Sequence record: NC_031010.1
Strand: one strand, 5' to 3'
Length of the DNA: 64,000 nt
Shown here: positions 33,700-42,767 of the stretch, piece by piece
Numbering within the stretch: the first letter of the stretch is position 1
How the letters are laid out: every line of letters begins with the position of its first letter
Notes under the pieces: model-generated
Database searches by the model: none
Seen by the model: only the letters and a program-made list of their open reading frames with translations
What the model was told of the DNA's origin: nothing
Position numbers and translations under genes: made by a program

Positions 33700-36423
33700 A
33701 TGCGCTATACGATTCACATTACCCACACGAGCATGGGTATACGTGTGGAGGTGCCTGTCCGCCAGATGGAAGTGGCGATACTGGACTGGGCACAGGCGAA
33801 TCTGCACGCCCCGAAGATGGGCAAAGACCATGGAAGGATAGTGACGGAGAAAGGGGATGGCTTTTATGTCCACATGCCAACCATCCACACCTTTATCTTT
33901 CACAAAACATTCTTGAATCGCATTCAGTCCATCCTCAATCACGTGGGTGTAGAGTATAAGGTTGACTACGAAATCCGGGAACATCATTACCCCCGCGCAG
34001 AACCGTATCGGTGTGAATTCGCCAACTACGGTTTTGAGATGGTGGTAACGGATGAGACCTCACGTTTCTTTTACCAGAACGAAGTGGTGGACACGGCCTG
34101 TTCCGACGGGCAGGAACAAACCATCTTCGCGATACAGACCGGAAGGGGGAAAGTCGCGAGGCACGATGTGCCTGTGCGTATCCCCGGCGGTTGGAAACCA
34201 CATGGCGAACTTGCCGTGGGGGATCAGGTAATTGGACGTAACGGAAAACCTACCAATGTTACTGCGGTGTTTCCGCATGAGAATTGGGAATTCTACCGCA
34301 TCACGTTTGGAGATGGCCGGAGTACGGTTGTCGGTAAGGAACACCTGTGGCAGTCATTCTACGTAAATACGACTGAACACAAACGGTGGCAGGTTCGCAG
34401 TACCGAGGAACTTAAACGACTTATTTCGAAACCTAACCCGCGTGTCTATATCCCGCTGCCAGAGCCGGAGGAGACAAGCGAAAAATCTTTCCCTGTCCCC
34501 CCTTATCTGCTGGGTGCCCTCATTGGCAACGGCTCACTAAGCGGTAGGTCTATCTTCTTCTCAACAAACGATGTTGAAACACTGGAAGCAGTGCGTGCCC
34601 AACTGCCCGTTGGTTACGAGATGAAGCATGCCGGGGCGTATGATCACTATTTGACCTGTAACAAGGAGAGAAGTCTTCATTTGGAACTTCAGGACTTGGG
34701 TCTCCTTAATACCAAAGCCAATCAGAAGTTCATCCCGGACATATATCTCGAAGGGTCTATTGCGCAGCGCTGGGAAATCCTACGCGGTCTAATGGACACC
34801 GACGGCACAGTCAACAAGGATGGTGGCCAACCTTCGTATTGCACGGTCAGCCGTGATTTGGCGTTGGGGGTGCAGGAGCTGGTTCGTTCACTGGGCGGCA
34901 TTGCAAAAATCAGTGAGAAGCAACCGACCTACACGTACAAAGGGGAACGCAGATTGGGCCAGACGGCGTATATTGTTTTCATCCGCCACAAGACCCCGTC
35001 GATGCTGTTTAACTTGCCACGCAAGAAAGTCCTGTGTCGCGACGATGGCCAGTACACTGACACTTTGAAATTGAGAGTGACTTCCATTGAATTTGAAGGC
35101 GTGAGTCACGGTTCATGCATCACAGTGGATAACGAAGACAGTCTGTATGTCCTCGGTCAGTGGATTGTCACCCACAACACCAAAACCTTCCAGAAAGTCA
35201 TGGTGAGAAAAGGTGTCAGGACAGCGTTGATACACCGAGCCTCTTACGTTGATAAGTGGAAGTTTGACTGTAGCGAAGACCCCACCGGTCTGCAAGAGCC
35301 CGCAGAAGGCGTGCACGTTTGTAAAGGAGTTGAAGGGATATACGAAGCCTACCAGATGGGCCTCAACGGGGAACTGGATGCGAAGGGGATAAAGATAATC
35401 ATCTTCTCAACCACCTCACTCATGATGTTCTTGAAAGAGTACATCAATACCGCCCACTCCAACGCCGTGTGCTTAGAGAAGTTCTACGACGTGATGGGTG
35501 TCGGGCTGGTTGGGTGTGATGAGGTGCACGAACATTTCTATCTGGTGTATCTGGCCGGGATCATGCTGAACCCGCCGGCAACCGTCGAGATGTCCGCAAC
35601 CTTAACCCCGGGTGCCAGCAAGCAGTTTATTGGTGAACGCTACTTAGAGCGCTTCCCGATGAATTGTCGTGTGTCGGTGCCGTTTATCCCGGTTGTTGAT
35701 GTGCGTGCTTTGTACTACAGCATCGAGAACAAGAAGCTTGTGACATACGGATCGAAGATGACCCCGTATAACCACAAGATGCTTGAGAAGGCGTTTGTTA
35801 AGTACAATGCACACGAGTCGTTCGCCGAGATGGTGTGGGACTTGATGGTTAAAACCTACCTCAAGAACTATGAGGTGGGTCAGAAGGCACTGGTGTTCTT
35901 TGCCACTGTTGACATGTGTGCGTTCTTTACTGAATTCTTGCAACGTAAGCTCGCGGCAACCGAGTGGGACTACTTGCAGGTGTTCAAGTATAATGCGGGG
36001 GATTCGTATGATGACTTCATCGCAGCCGATATCGGAGTGTCGACGCCGGGTAAAGCCGGTACCGCTATCGATATCCCGGGATTAATGCACGCGTACGTGA
36101 CTATCCCAATTGATGACCAGCAGCTCAACGAGCAGATTGCCGGTCGTCCACGCGCAACAACACGCTGGCCGATTGACCCGCGTGTCTGGTTCCTGCACTG
36201 CAATGATATCCCTAAACACGGGACGTACCTGAGCTCACGCAAGAAGTCGTTGGGTGAGAAAGTCAAGTCGTTCCAAATCGCATTTTCGCCCTACGTTATC
36301 AGGAGCAGCAATGCTAGTACCTCCTACTCCTTCGCTTCCCAAACCCCCGTACGCCGGATTGAACTTAGCAAGTTTTCTCCAAAACGTTCTAAGGGCGTAT
36401 CCCGGCGCAGAAGACGTCGCTAA
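33700..36423 (+). CDS. SF2 helicase (phiKZ gp75-like) containing an intein
   Basis: Walker A QTGRGK|T split by an insert, DEVH, MSAT, EQIAGRPR motif VI. Confidence 0.9.
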   Translation: MRYTIHITHTSMGIRVEVPVRQMEVAILDWAQANLHAPKMGKDHGRIVTEKGDGFYVHMPTIHTFIFHKTFLNRIQSILNHVGVEYKVDYEIREHHYPRAEPYRCEFANYGFEMVVTDETSRFFYQNEVVDTACSDGQEQTIFAIQTGRGKVARHDVPVRIPGGWKPHGELAVGDQVIGRNGKPTNVTAVFPHENWEFYRITFGDGRSTVVGKEHLWQSFYVNTTEHKRWQVRSTEELKRLISKPNPRVYIPLPEPEETSEKSFPVPPYLLGALIGNGSLSGRSIFFSTNDVETLEAVRAQLPVGYEMKHAGAYDHYLTCNKERSLHLELQDLGLLNTKANQKFIPDIYLEGSIAQRWEILRGLMDTDGTVNKDGGQPSYCTVSRDLALGVQELVRSLGGIAKISEKQPTYTYKGERRLGQTAYIVFIRHKTPSMLFNLPRKKVLCRDDGQYTDTLKLRVTSIEFEGVSHGSCITVDNEDSLYVLGQWIVTHNTKTFQKVMVRKGVRTALIHRASYVDKWKFDCSEDPTGLQEPAEGVHVCKGVEGIYEAYQMGLNGELDAKGIKIIIFSTTSLMMFLKEYINTAHSNAVCLEKFYDVMGVGLVGCDEVHEHFYLVYLAGIMLNPPATVEMSATLTPGASKQFIGERYLERFPMNCRVSVPFIPVVDVRALYYSIENKKLVTYGSKMTPYNHKMLEKAFVKYNAHESFAEMVWDLMVKTYLKNYEVGQKALVFFATVDMCAFFTEFLQRKLAATEWDYLQVFKYNAGDSYDDFIAADIGVSTPGKAGTAIDIPGLMHAYVTIPIDDQQLNEQIAGRPRATTRWPIDPRVWFLHCNDIPKHGTYLSSRKKSLGEKVKSFQIAFSPYVIRSSNASTSYSFASQTPVRRIELSKFSPKRSKGVSRRRRRR
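34153..35178 (+). mobile_element. class 3 intein with LAGLIDADG homing endonuclease (342 aa)
   Basis: Starts VARHDVPVRIPGGW after the P-loop K; block B EHLW, block F SCITVD, ends VTHN/T; motifs LLGALIGNG and LRGLMDTDG. Confidence 0.9.
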
Positions 36424-36691
36424 AGCATTATGCACCGATCCGGTGATTGGCCCGGCGTTTCATTACTACATGGTGATGGAACACAAAGCCGGGCTGATGA
36501 TTCAGCAACGGGGCAAGACGTACTACGTAACGCGTCAGTCCTCCATTCGGGGGACGGCGTCTTACGAGCTGTATAGCTTTGTGCTGTACCGTGATGACCC
36601 ATCAGGCAATGTGGATCAGAACCCCAAGGTCGCCTATCGTTTGTACGACAACGAATGGAACCCGTGGGTAACGGTGCCGCACGATATTTAA
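36311..36691 (+). CDS. hypothetical protein (126 aa) overlapping the helicase end
   Basis: AGGAG at 36301, ATG 36311. Confidence 0.5.
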   Translation: MLVPPTPSLPKPPYAGLNLASFLQNVLRAYPGAEDVAKALCTDPVIGPAFHYYMVMEHKAGLMIQQRGKTYYVTRQSSIRGTASYELYSFVLYRDDPSGNVDQNPKVAYRLYDNEWNPWVTVPHDI

Positions 36692-36750
36692 TAAAAACGT
36701 TACGGGTATATGGTGTGTAAACCACACAACCCCTCGGTAAGGAATTAACA

Positions 36751-37353
36751 ATGTCACAGCGCAAAAAGAAACCCGCTTATAATCCACGTAAACTTGCACG
36801 TGAGCGTTTAGAGAAGCTGATGGCGAGCATCTTCTACGTTCAGGATATGTTCACCGCCGAGTCGGGTAAAATCGCAAAACGTTTGGATATGGACTTAGCC
36901 GAAATCACCGGCACCACCGAACTGGATGCGTACAAGCGTGAACAGACTGAGCGTTCGAAAGCCGCCTACATCGGCCTTATCAGTCAGGTCAGTAAAGACC
37001 TGTCAGCCGTCATCGTCGCTGCCGACAATGCTGCGGGTCAGGTTGTTGCTGACTTGAAAGTGCGTCCGTGGAAAGAGATGAAGGATGCGGCGTTTATCGC
37101 TGAATTGGCATTGGAGCACCACTCCACGGAAGCTGCAATCGCCGGTCAGAAATACACCGGTCTGATTCTGGAAATCATGCAGGACTACTTCCGCAACATC
37201 GAATTCGTCTCCCGTGAAGTCAAAGCGGGCCGTTCGGTTGAAGATGCGAAGAAGACCCTGACTGAAAACATCGCGAAAGAAGCAGAAGTTGCTACGGCAG
37301 CCGCTGCTGAAGTTGCGTCTGCTGAAAAGGAAACTGTCGATGTCGCAGAATGA
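36751..37353 (+). CDS. hypothetical helical protein (200 aa)
   Basis: AAGGA RBS, biased codon use. Confidence 0.8.
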   Translation: MSQRKKKPAYNPRKLARERLEKLMASIFYVQDMFTAESGKIAKRLDMDLAEITGTTELDAYKREQTERSKAAYIGLISQVSKDLSAVIVAADNAAGQVVADLKVRPWKEMKDAAFIAELALEHHSTEAAIAGQKYTGLILEIMQDYFRNIEFVSREVKAGRSVEDAKKTLTENIAKEAEVATAAAAEVASAEKETVDVAE

Positions 37354-39358
37354 AGGGCGTCCGGGCTCCGGTCGCGTTGCGCCGTCAGAGAGCAATGATA
37401 CTGCTCAACTGATGGCCATCATGGAAGCTAACCCGTCTCTGGGCATTACTCAGGCGCGGGTGTTGCTCGACGAACAACGTGGGATCGCTAAGCTGGAAGA
37501 GCAAGAGAACGCTCAGCCAGTAGTCGCCCCTCCTCAACCTACTGTGCGTGAAGATATCGCTCCGGCAAACATCACACACCAACACGTTCACGTGGAGCCG
37601 CCTGAACCACTGCAAGCTGCTCCGCTGGACGTGAAGCCGCAGGAACAAGCGGTGCAGCCGCTTCATCCCCCTATTCGCTCTACAGCGTTTATGGATGCGG
37701 CGGTGGCCGCCGCTGCGCCTGCTGCCCCTTCTTTTTTGCCTCCGGAAGAGCCACAGCCTGCCCCTGAGCCGTTGACTGCCCAACCGGTAGCCCAACCTGC
37801 TCAGACCGCAGAGCCACTCTTGCCAGAGCAGGAAGAAGAACGTGTGCCGGATTATCAAAAAGCGGGTAAGCCGACCATCCGTCTGGGCAAGTCACTGGCC
37901 ACCAGTGAAATCAACGCTATCGATTCTGAAGACCAAGAACTCCTGCTACTCGGCATGGGTGATCTGGTGGGGCCGATGCAATCCCTGCCGGAAATGCAAA
38001 AGCACGTGAATCAGTTCTTCTCAAGTTTGGAACGTGACCCGCGCACCAATGCGCCACTGTTCCGTTCTGAGGAAGAAGAAAGCACGTTCTCACGCCTGCA
38101 AGCGGCACTGGCAAATACCCCGCCGACTGCCCCGGGTACGCGTAGCGCCAGCTTCGACATGGCAATGGGTCGTGAAGACACGGTGTGGAACCAAGGCATT
38201 CAGCCTGACGGTCAACCGTACCGTGGTGTGGTCAGTGTGAACACCGGCGGTAAAGGTGCTATCGCTGCACTGCGCCGTAAACGTAAGTCAGGTTCGCCGT
38301 CTACGGTCTTCCTGCCTGCGTCCGGTTTCTGCATTAGCTTCCGTGCCCCACACGAACGTGACTTCTGTGACTTCGATATTCGCATGGCGCTGGAAACCGC
38401 GAAAGTGGGCATGAGTTCCTACGGGTTGCTGATGTCTGCCTCGTCCGGTATCTACGTGCGTAACATCGTTGAGTTCTGTCTGCTGTTTGTTGAAGGCTGT
38501 TCACTGGAACTCGGCGGGGATGACCTGAAGACCACCCTTATCGATCGTATCGATAAAGATGACTACTGGTTCATTATCGTCGGCATGTTGGCGGCGAAAT
38601 TCCCATCGGGTATTCCGTGGGGCTTAAGCTGCCTGAACCCGGCGTGTGACCACGTGCAGGAAGGGCGTCTGAATCTGGCCCGTGCGATTCGCATGGGAAC
38701 CAGCTTACTGGCTGATGAGCAGCGCCAGCTGTATTACCGTCAGCGCAGTGAAGATGCCTCTGAAAACACCATCACGTACGAAGAGCAAACGCAGTACCGC
38801 CAGCAGCACAAGTCGGTGGCCGCGTCTATCTTTGAGAAAGACGGTGTGACGATTGAGTTCGGTCGTTCTTCGCTGGGTGACTTCTTTGATGTTACCGAAG
38901 AGTGGGCGGATGAAATCAACGAAACCACTACGCGGGCGTTGACTGACTATGCCACCGAAAAAGACCGTGAGACCCATCTGCGTGTGAACGCGGAGTCTCG
39001 TCGTCTGACGCGTTACCTGCACATGGTGAAATCCATTTCGATTGATGAAGGCGAAGGTCGGGTGTCGAAAGCCACCAACCGGGCTGAAATCAAAACCATG
39101 CTGGCAGAGATGTCGTCTGACCGTCTGTACGTGACCGAGTTCGAAGCGGCGGTAACGAAGTTCACCGAGATGTCTCGCTTGGCGGTGTTTGGCTACATGG
39201 GCAAGAAGTGTCCACAGTGCCAGCATTCGCAGGGTGAGGCCGACGGTGACTTCCGCGGTATCGTGACCATCTCACCGGACAGGGTTTTTTTCGCGCTATC
39301 TCGTGCGGTGTCCGCAATGCAGAGGCTTTGGCTCAGTCAATACGCCGATATTGGCTAG
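37340..39358 (+). CDS. tail/baseplate assembly chaperone-like protein (T4 gp26-like domain) with Pro/Gln-rich N-terminus
   Basis: D..D..F.I..M.A...G.....C..PAC...L.L pattern and terminal CPQC...FF. Confidence 0.6.
   Translation: MSQNEGRPGSGRVAPSESNDTAQLMAIMEANPSLGITQARVLLDEQRGIAKLEEQENAQPVVAPPQPTVREDIAPANITHQHVHVEPPEPLQAAPLDVKPQEQAVQPLHPPIRSTAFMDAAVAAAAPAAPSFLPPEEPQPAPEPLTAQPVAQPAQTAEPLLPEQEEERVPDYQKAGKPTIRLGKSLATSEINAIDSEDQELLLLGMGDLVGPMQSLPEMQKHVNQFFSSLERDPRTNAPLFRSEEEESTFSRLQAALANTPPTAPGTRSASFDMAMGREDTVWNQGIQPDGQPYRGVVSVNTGGKGAIAALRRKRKSGSPSTVFLPASGFCISFRAPHERDFCDFDIRMALETAKVGMSSYGLLMSASSGIYVRNIVEFCLLFVEGCSLELGGDDLKTTLIDRIDKDDYWFIIVGMLAAKFPSGIPWGLSCLNPACDHVQEGRLNLARAIRMGTSLLADEQRQLYYRQRSEDASENTITYEEQTQYRQQHKSVAASIFEKDGVTIEFGRSSLGDFFDVTEEWADEINETTTRALTDYATEKDRETHLRVNAESRRLTRYLHMVKSISIDEGEGRVSKATNRAEIKTMLAEMSSDRLYVTEFEAAVTKFTEMSRLAVFGYMGKKCPQCQHSQGEADGDFRGIVTISPDRVFFALSRAVSAMQRLWLSQYADIG
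39286..39292 (+). promoter_or_regulatory. -1 frameshift slippery heptamer T TTT TTC
   Basis: In frame with the upstream ORF; the -1 frame is open into the 39328-39771 ORF. Confidence 0.65.
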
Positions 39359-39771
39359 ACAGCGAGCACGTTTCAACCGAGACCATCATCACGACCTTAA
39401 AGCTTGATGCCACGTCACTCTTTAAAAGTCGTAAAGGCAAACCCATCACGTATCAGGAAGCACACGACACGTTGTTGGGGGCGTTCGACGATGCCATTGA
39501 ACACGACACCGGGCCAAACTCGGTGTTCTTCTCTGACTTCGACGACCCGCTGACCGGTTCTCTGTTGGACATCTGGTTGGACACGTACATCCGTGAGCGA
39601 ATCGGTGAGCGGTTCAACCTGTCGTTTGATGAATTCCTTGACCGACCCCGTTATGAAATCATGCGCATGATAAGTGTCGTTGGGCGTTATAACGCGGTGG
39701 TCAATCGGGAAATCAACAAAGCAGGGAAAGATGTTGACTCGTTGGAACAACAGTTGCACGGGAAAACGTAG
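39328..39771 (+). CDS. gp51/gpT-like extension, probably expressed by -1 frameshift
   Basis: TTG start only, no clear RBS; FNLSFDEFLDRPRYEI pattern like tail-chaperone extensions. Confidence 0.6.
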   Translation: MAQSIRRYWLDSEHVSTETIITTLKLDATSLFKSRKGKPITYQEAHDTLLGAFDDAIEHDTGPNSVFFSDFDDPLTGSLLDIWLDTYIRERIGERFNLSFDEFLDRPRYEIMRMISVVGRYNAVVNREINKAGKDVDSLEQQLHGKT

Positions 39772-39777
39772 CATCGT

Positions 39778-39804
39778 GGGGGCTTCGGCCCCCTTTCTTT
39801 TTTT
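39778..39804 (+). terminator. intrinsic terminator
   Basis: GGGGC-TTCG-GCCCC plus T-run. Confidence 0.8.
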
Positions 39805-39843
39805 GTCAGGGCGATGTTATGAACCCTTTGAAGGACACACACC

Positions 39844-40689
39844 ATGAATATCTACGACGATGTCGCTGACCAGCTCATTGCCCATCGGCATGAGACCCGT
39901 GCTGCGGCAATGTTAGACCTGACCACTATCTTGATTGACAACGGCTATGAGCCGGCGTTGACTGAGATTTACCATCAGCCGATTCCTGACCCGAACGAAG
40001 AGACGGTACGTTACGAAGAGATTATCATTCGCTGTGCTAAAAACTTTGGGTCGAAATGCGGCATCGCGTTTAACCCACAGGTAGCATGGCACAAACCCAA
40101 AGAGACGGGGTTGATTCTCCATGGTCTCTTAGAAGGCTTTGAGGCCAACGAAGATGTGGACACCCTCTACGGTATCGTGCTCTCGGGTGAGCCGCCTATC
40201 TTTGTACTGGAAAACCTGATTCGCTACGTCTTCGGTGATGACAACCTGCATGTTGAGGATTTAATCATCAACGTCGAGAACCGGGTGATGACGGTACTTC
40301 AAAACTTCCTCTCTGCGGCGACCATTGAGAAGAACAATCTCAACACCAACGATCGCATGGCACACATTGCGGCCTACCTGCGATACTACCCGCAGAACCC
40401 CAGTGCATGGGTCTTTATGAACCTGCCACCGGAAGTCGAGGAGAAAGTCCTTATTCAGCAGCTTGACTTCGGGGAAGACAACGGGGTAAGTGCCCTAGAA
40501 TTACTGGCCATCTACAGCGTGGGCTTGTGTGTTGCCCAGTGTGATGATTTTGACAGCGCTTACACGCAGCTGGAGAAGTCTTTTGAAGCATTGAATACAG
40601 ATGGGTACCCTGCGACCCCAACGCTTCAGGAAGGCTTACAGGCGCTTAAAACCATATACGGGGTAACAGTGGAACATGAACAAGCTTGA
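39844..40689 (+). CDS. conserved protein, probably virion-associated (281 aa)
   Basis: AAGGA RBS; overlaps the vRNAP gene. Confidence 0.7.
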   Translation: MNIYDDVADQLIAHRHETRAAAMLDLTTILIDNGYEPALTEIYHQPIPDPNEETVRYEEIIIRCAKNFGSKCGIAFNPQVAWHKPKETGLILHGLLEGFEANEDVDTLYGIVLSGEPPIFVLENLIRYVFGDDNLHVEDLIINVENRVMTVLQNFLSAATIEKNNLNTNDRMAHIAAYLRYYPQNPSAWVFMNLPPEVEEKVLIQQLDFGEDNGVSALELLAIYSVGLCVAQCDDFDSAYTQLEKSFEALNTDGYPATPTLQEGLQALKTIYGVTVEHEQA

Positions 40690-41980
40690 TTACCTGATTG
40701 CCGCCTGTAAAAGTGGGGCGTGGCGCAGACTGGTCTGGCGGTTGAGTATCTTCAACGTTTGCCAGTTTCCGGCCAATGAAGTACCCGAGCAGTACGACCT
40801 GAATTACCTCGACGGCTACCCGCACTATTGGGAAGCGGCAGATGAAGACAGCCCGGGTGAGTGGATTAAAATCGAGGGAGCGGATAAGGACAAGGAGTTG
40901 TTCTACGCAGAAGACCGCTTCACCCTGATACCTGACCACTATCCGGGATTCGAAGGGAAGGTTGAGACGGGTGTGGGACGCTACGTCTTTAACTGGATTG
41001 TCATCTATTACGCCTTTGGGACACGCATGCCGTATTTGGCTGATGCGCCGACGGCAATGGTTTACCAGTCGGAGATTTACAAACGCTGTCTGGACACCGA
41101 AGATGAAGACCCGGAGAACGAAGAGGCGATTCGTCCGAGCATGGTTGGGAAGTTTATTCAGGGCTTGAGCGAGATTGCCCCGATGACCATTGCCATTGCC
41201 CCGACCGGTACGCTGCGTTCGCTCTCGGTTCACCCTGACACGTACAAGATGCGTGATGCGCTCTTGCTCAAGCACAAAGACGAGCTGGATAACCCGGCGG
41301 TTATCGTTGAGATTGAGAAGGCGTTGGATGCACTGGATACCGAGTGGTTGTCCGGTGACCAATCCATTCAGTTCTACGCCTCCAAGAAATCGCGTATGCG
41401 TCGCCGTAAACTGTTCCTGATGTACGGCATCGAAACCGCCTTTAAAGAAGGTGCGGACTTTACCCTGATTCCGACTTCCCTGATGGAAGTGGACAAAACG
41501 GGAATGGAGTATCTGGTTGACAAGTACAACTCGACGCGTGAAGGCTCGTTCATGCGCGGTGCAGAAACCGCCAAAGGTGGTGAACAGGTACGTATCATCC
41601 AGATGATTTTCCAGAACCACCGTATCGTCGAAGGTGACTGCGGGACGAAGTTAACCCACGCGGTTCAAATCACACCGGCCAACCAATTCATGTACGTCGG
41701 CATGAACTCCGTGGAGAACGGCAAGTATGTGCTCCTGAGTAAAGACGCACTGAAAGGCATGATCGGTAAAACTGTTCGTATTCGTCGACCTATTTTATGC
41801 CAACGGGGGCACGTGGACTGCTGCGCGGCTTGTGCGTCTCCTGACAAAGCAAAAGAAGAACGCGCGATTGCCGCCGATATTGCAACCGGGATGTCCAACA
41901 TCATGTTGAACGCCATGGGTGCGATGCACGGCCGTGAAACCGTCGTTGAAGAATACGATCCCCTAATCCACATTACGTAA
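40676..41980 (+). CDS. virion RNA polymerase beta' middle subunit (phiKZ gp80-like)
   Basis: REGSF.RG.ETAKGG, EGDCGT, RRPILC...CAAC Zn site. Confidence 0.88.
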   Translation: MNKLDYLIAACKSGAWRRLVWRLSIFNVCQFPANEVPEQYDLNYLDGYPHYWEAADEDSPGEWIKIEGADKDKELFYAEDRFTLIPDHYPGFEGKVETGVGRYVFNWIVIYYAFGTRMPYLADAPTAMVYQSEIYKRCLDTEDEDPENEEAIRPSMVGKFIQGLSEIAPMTIAIAPTGTLRSLSVHPDTYKMRDALLLKHKDELDNPAVIVEIEKALDALDTEWLSGDQSIQFYASKKSRMRRRKLFLMYGIETAFKEGADFTLIPTSLMEVDKTGMEYLVDKYNSTREGSFMRGAETAKGGEQVRIIQMIFQNHRIVEGDCGTKLTHAVQITPANQFMYVGMNSVENGKYVLLSKDALKGMIGKTVRIRRPILCQRGHVDCCAACASPDKAKEERAIAADIATGMSNIMLNAMGAMHGRETVVEEYDPLIHIT

Positions 41981-41990
41981 GGACTGAATC

Positions 41991-42512
41991 ATGGGTTCTG
42001 CTACCAACGATACCAATACCAACGCTGTGCGCGTTGATGCACCAAAGCGTGACAACGATGTTGTCTCCACTGCGGGTTATACGCAGGATGAAAAGTACGC
42101 AGTGAAGTTAATCACTGAGCTGTTGGATGAAGCCGGCAAAGCCACTGCGCCGGGCAAACCAACCGGTACGCAGGAAGAGAAGCAAGCCATCGCCAAAGTG
42201 CAACAGGCGTGGCGTAAGCTGTGGGAACTGCGTGGTGATGCGTTTATGGATGCCTTCGGTGTGTTTGTGACCTCGGCCACGAAATACAGCAAAGGGCTGT
42301 TCAGCCTGACCACCATTAACCGCTTTATGGAAAGCTTCCCGGACCAGTCGGAGCGTGAAGTGTACCTTATCTTCATTAACAACGTGGCCCGGTTTGCGAA
42401 GTCCCAGAACAAAGCGGATTACGGTCAGCGTAACAACATCGACCGCCTGATTCGCCGTCTGGTGGATAATGACCTGAAGCAGTTGGTTGCCCACGCCTTC
42501 AACGTCATTTAA
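41991..42512 (+). CDS. hypothetical protein (173 aa)
   Basis: AAGGA RBS. Confidence 0.8.
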   Translation: MGSATNDTNTNAVRVDAPKRDNDVVSTAGYTQDEKYAVKLITELLDEAGKATAPGKPTGTQEEKQAIAKVQQAWRKLWELRGDAFMDAFGVFVTSATKYSKGLFSLTTINRFMESFPDQSEREVYLIFINNVARFAKSQNKADYGQRNNIDRLIRRLVDNDLKQLVAHAFNVI

Positions 42513-42522
42513 AAAGTAAAGG

Positions 42523-42556
42523 CCCTACTACTCGAAGGAGTAGTAGGGTTTCTTTT
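42523..42556. terminator. bidirectional terminator
   Basis: CCCTACTACTC-GAAG-GAGTAGTAGGG flanked by A/T runs. Confidence 0.85.
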
Positions 42557-42767
42557 ATTTGCGGCTTAGTCGTCCGATGAGGAACGCGGCGGTAAGTTGG
42601 ACTTCTTGGCTCGGGCCCGTCTCCTCCTCTTCCTCGCAGACCTCTCTTCGCGTCTCTTCTCGCACATGCGTGCTAGGTCGTGCTTCGGTACGCCGCGCCA
42701 ATTGCGGATTAATTGTCTGAGCCAAGCCCAGCGTGGTTTCAAGGATAGCAAACATAACTCCTCCCGA

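Noticed and set aside
40646-41620. 324-aa antisense ORF
   Set aside because: Shadow of the vRNAP subunit gene arising from codon bias; no RBS.
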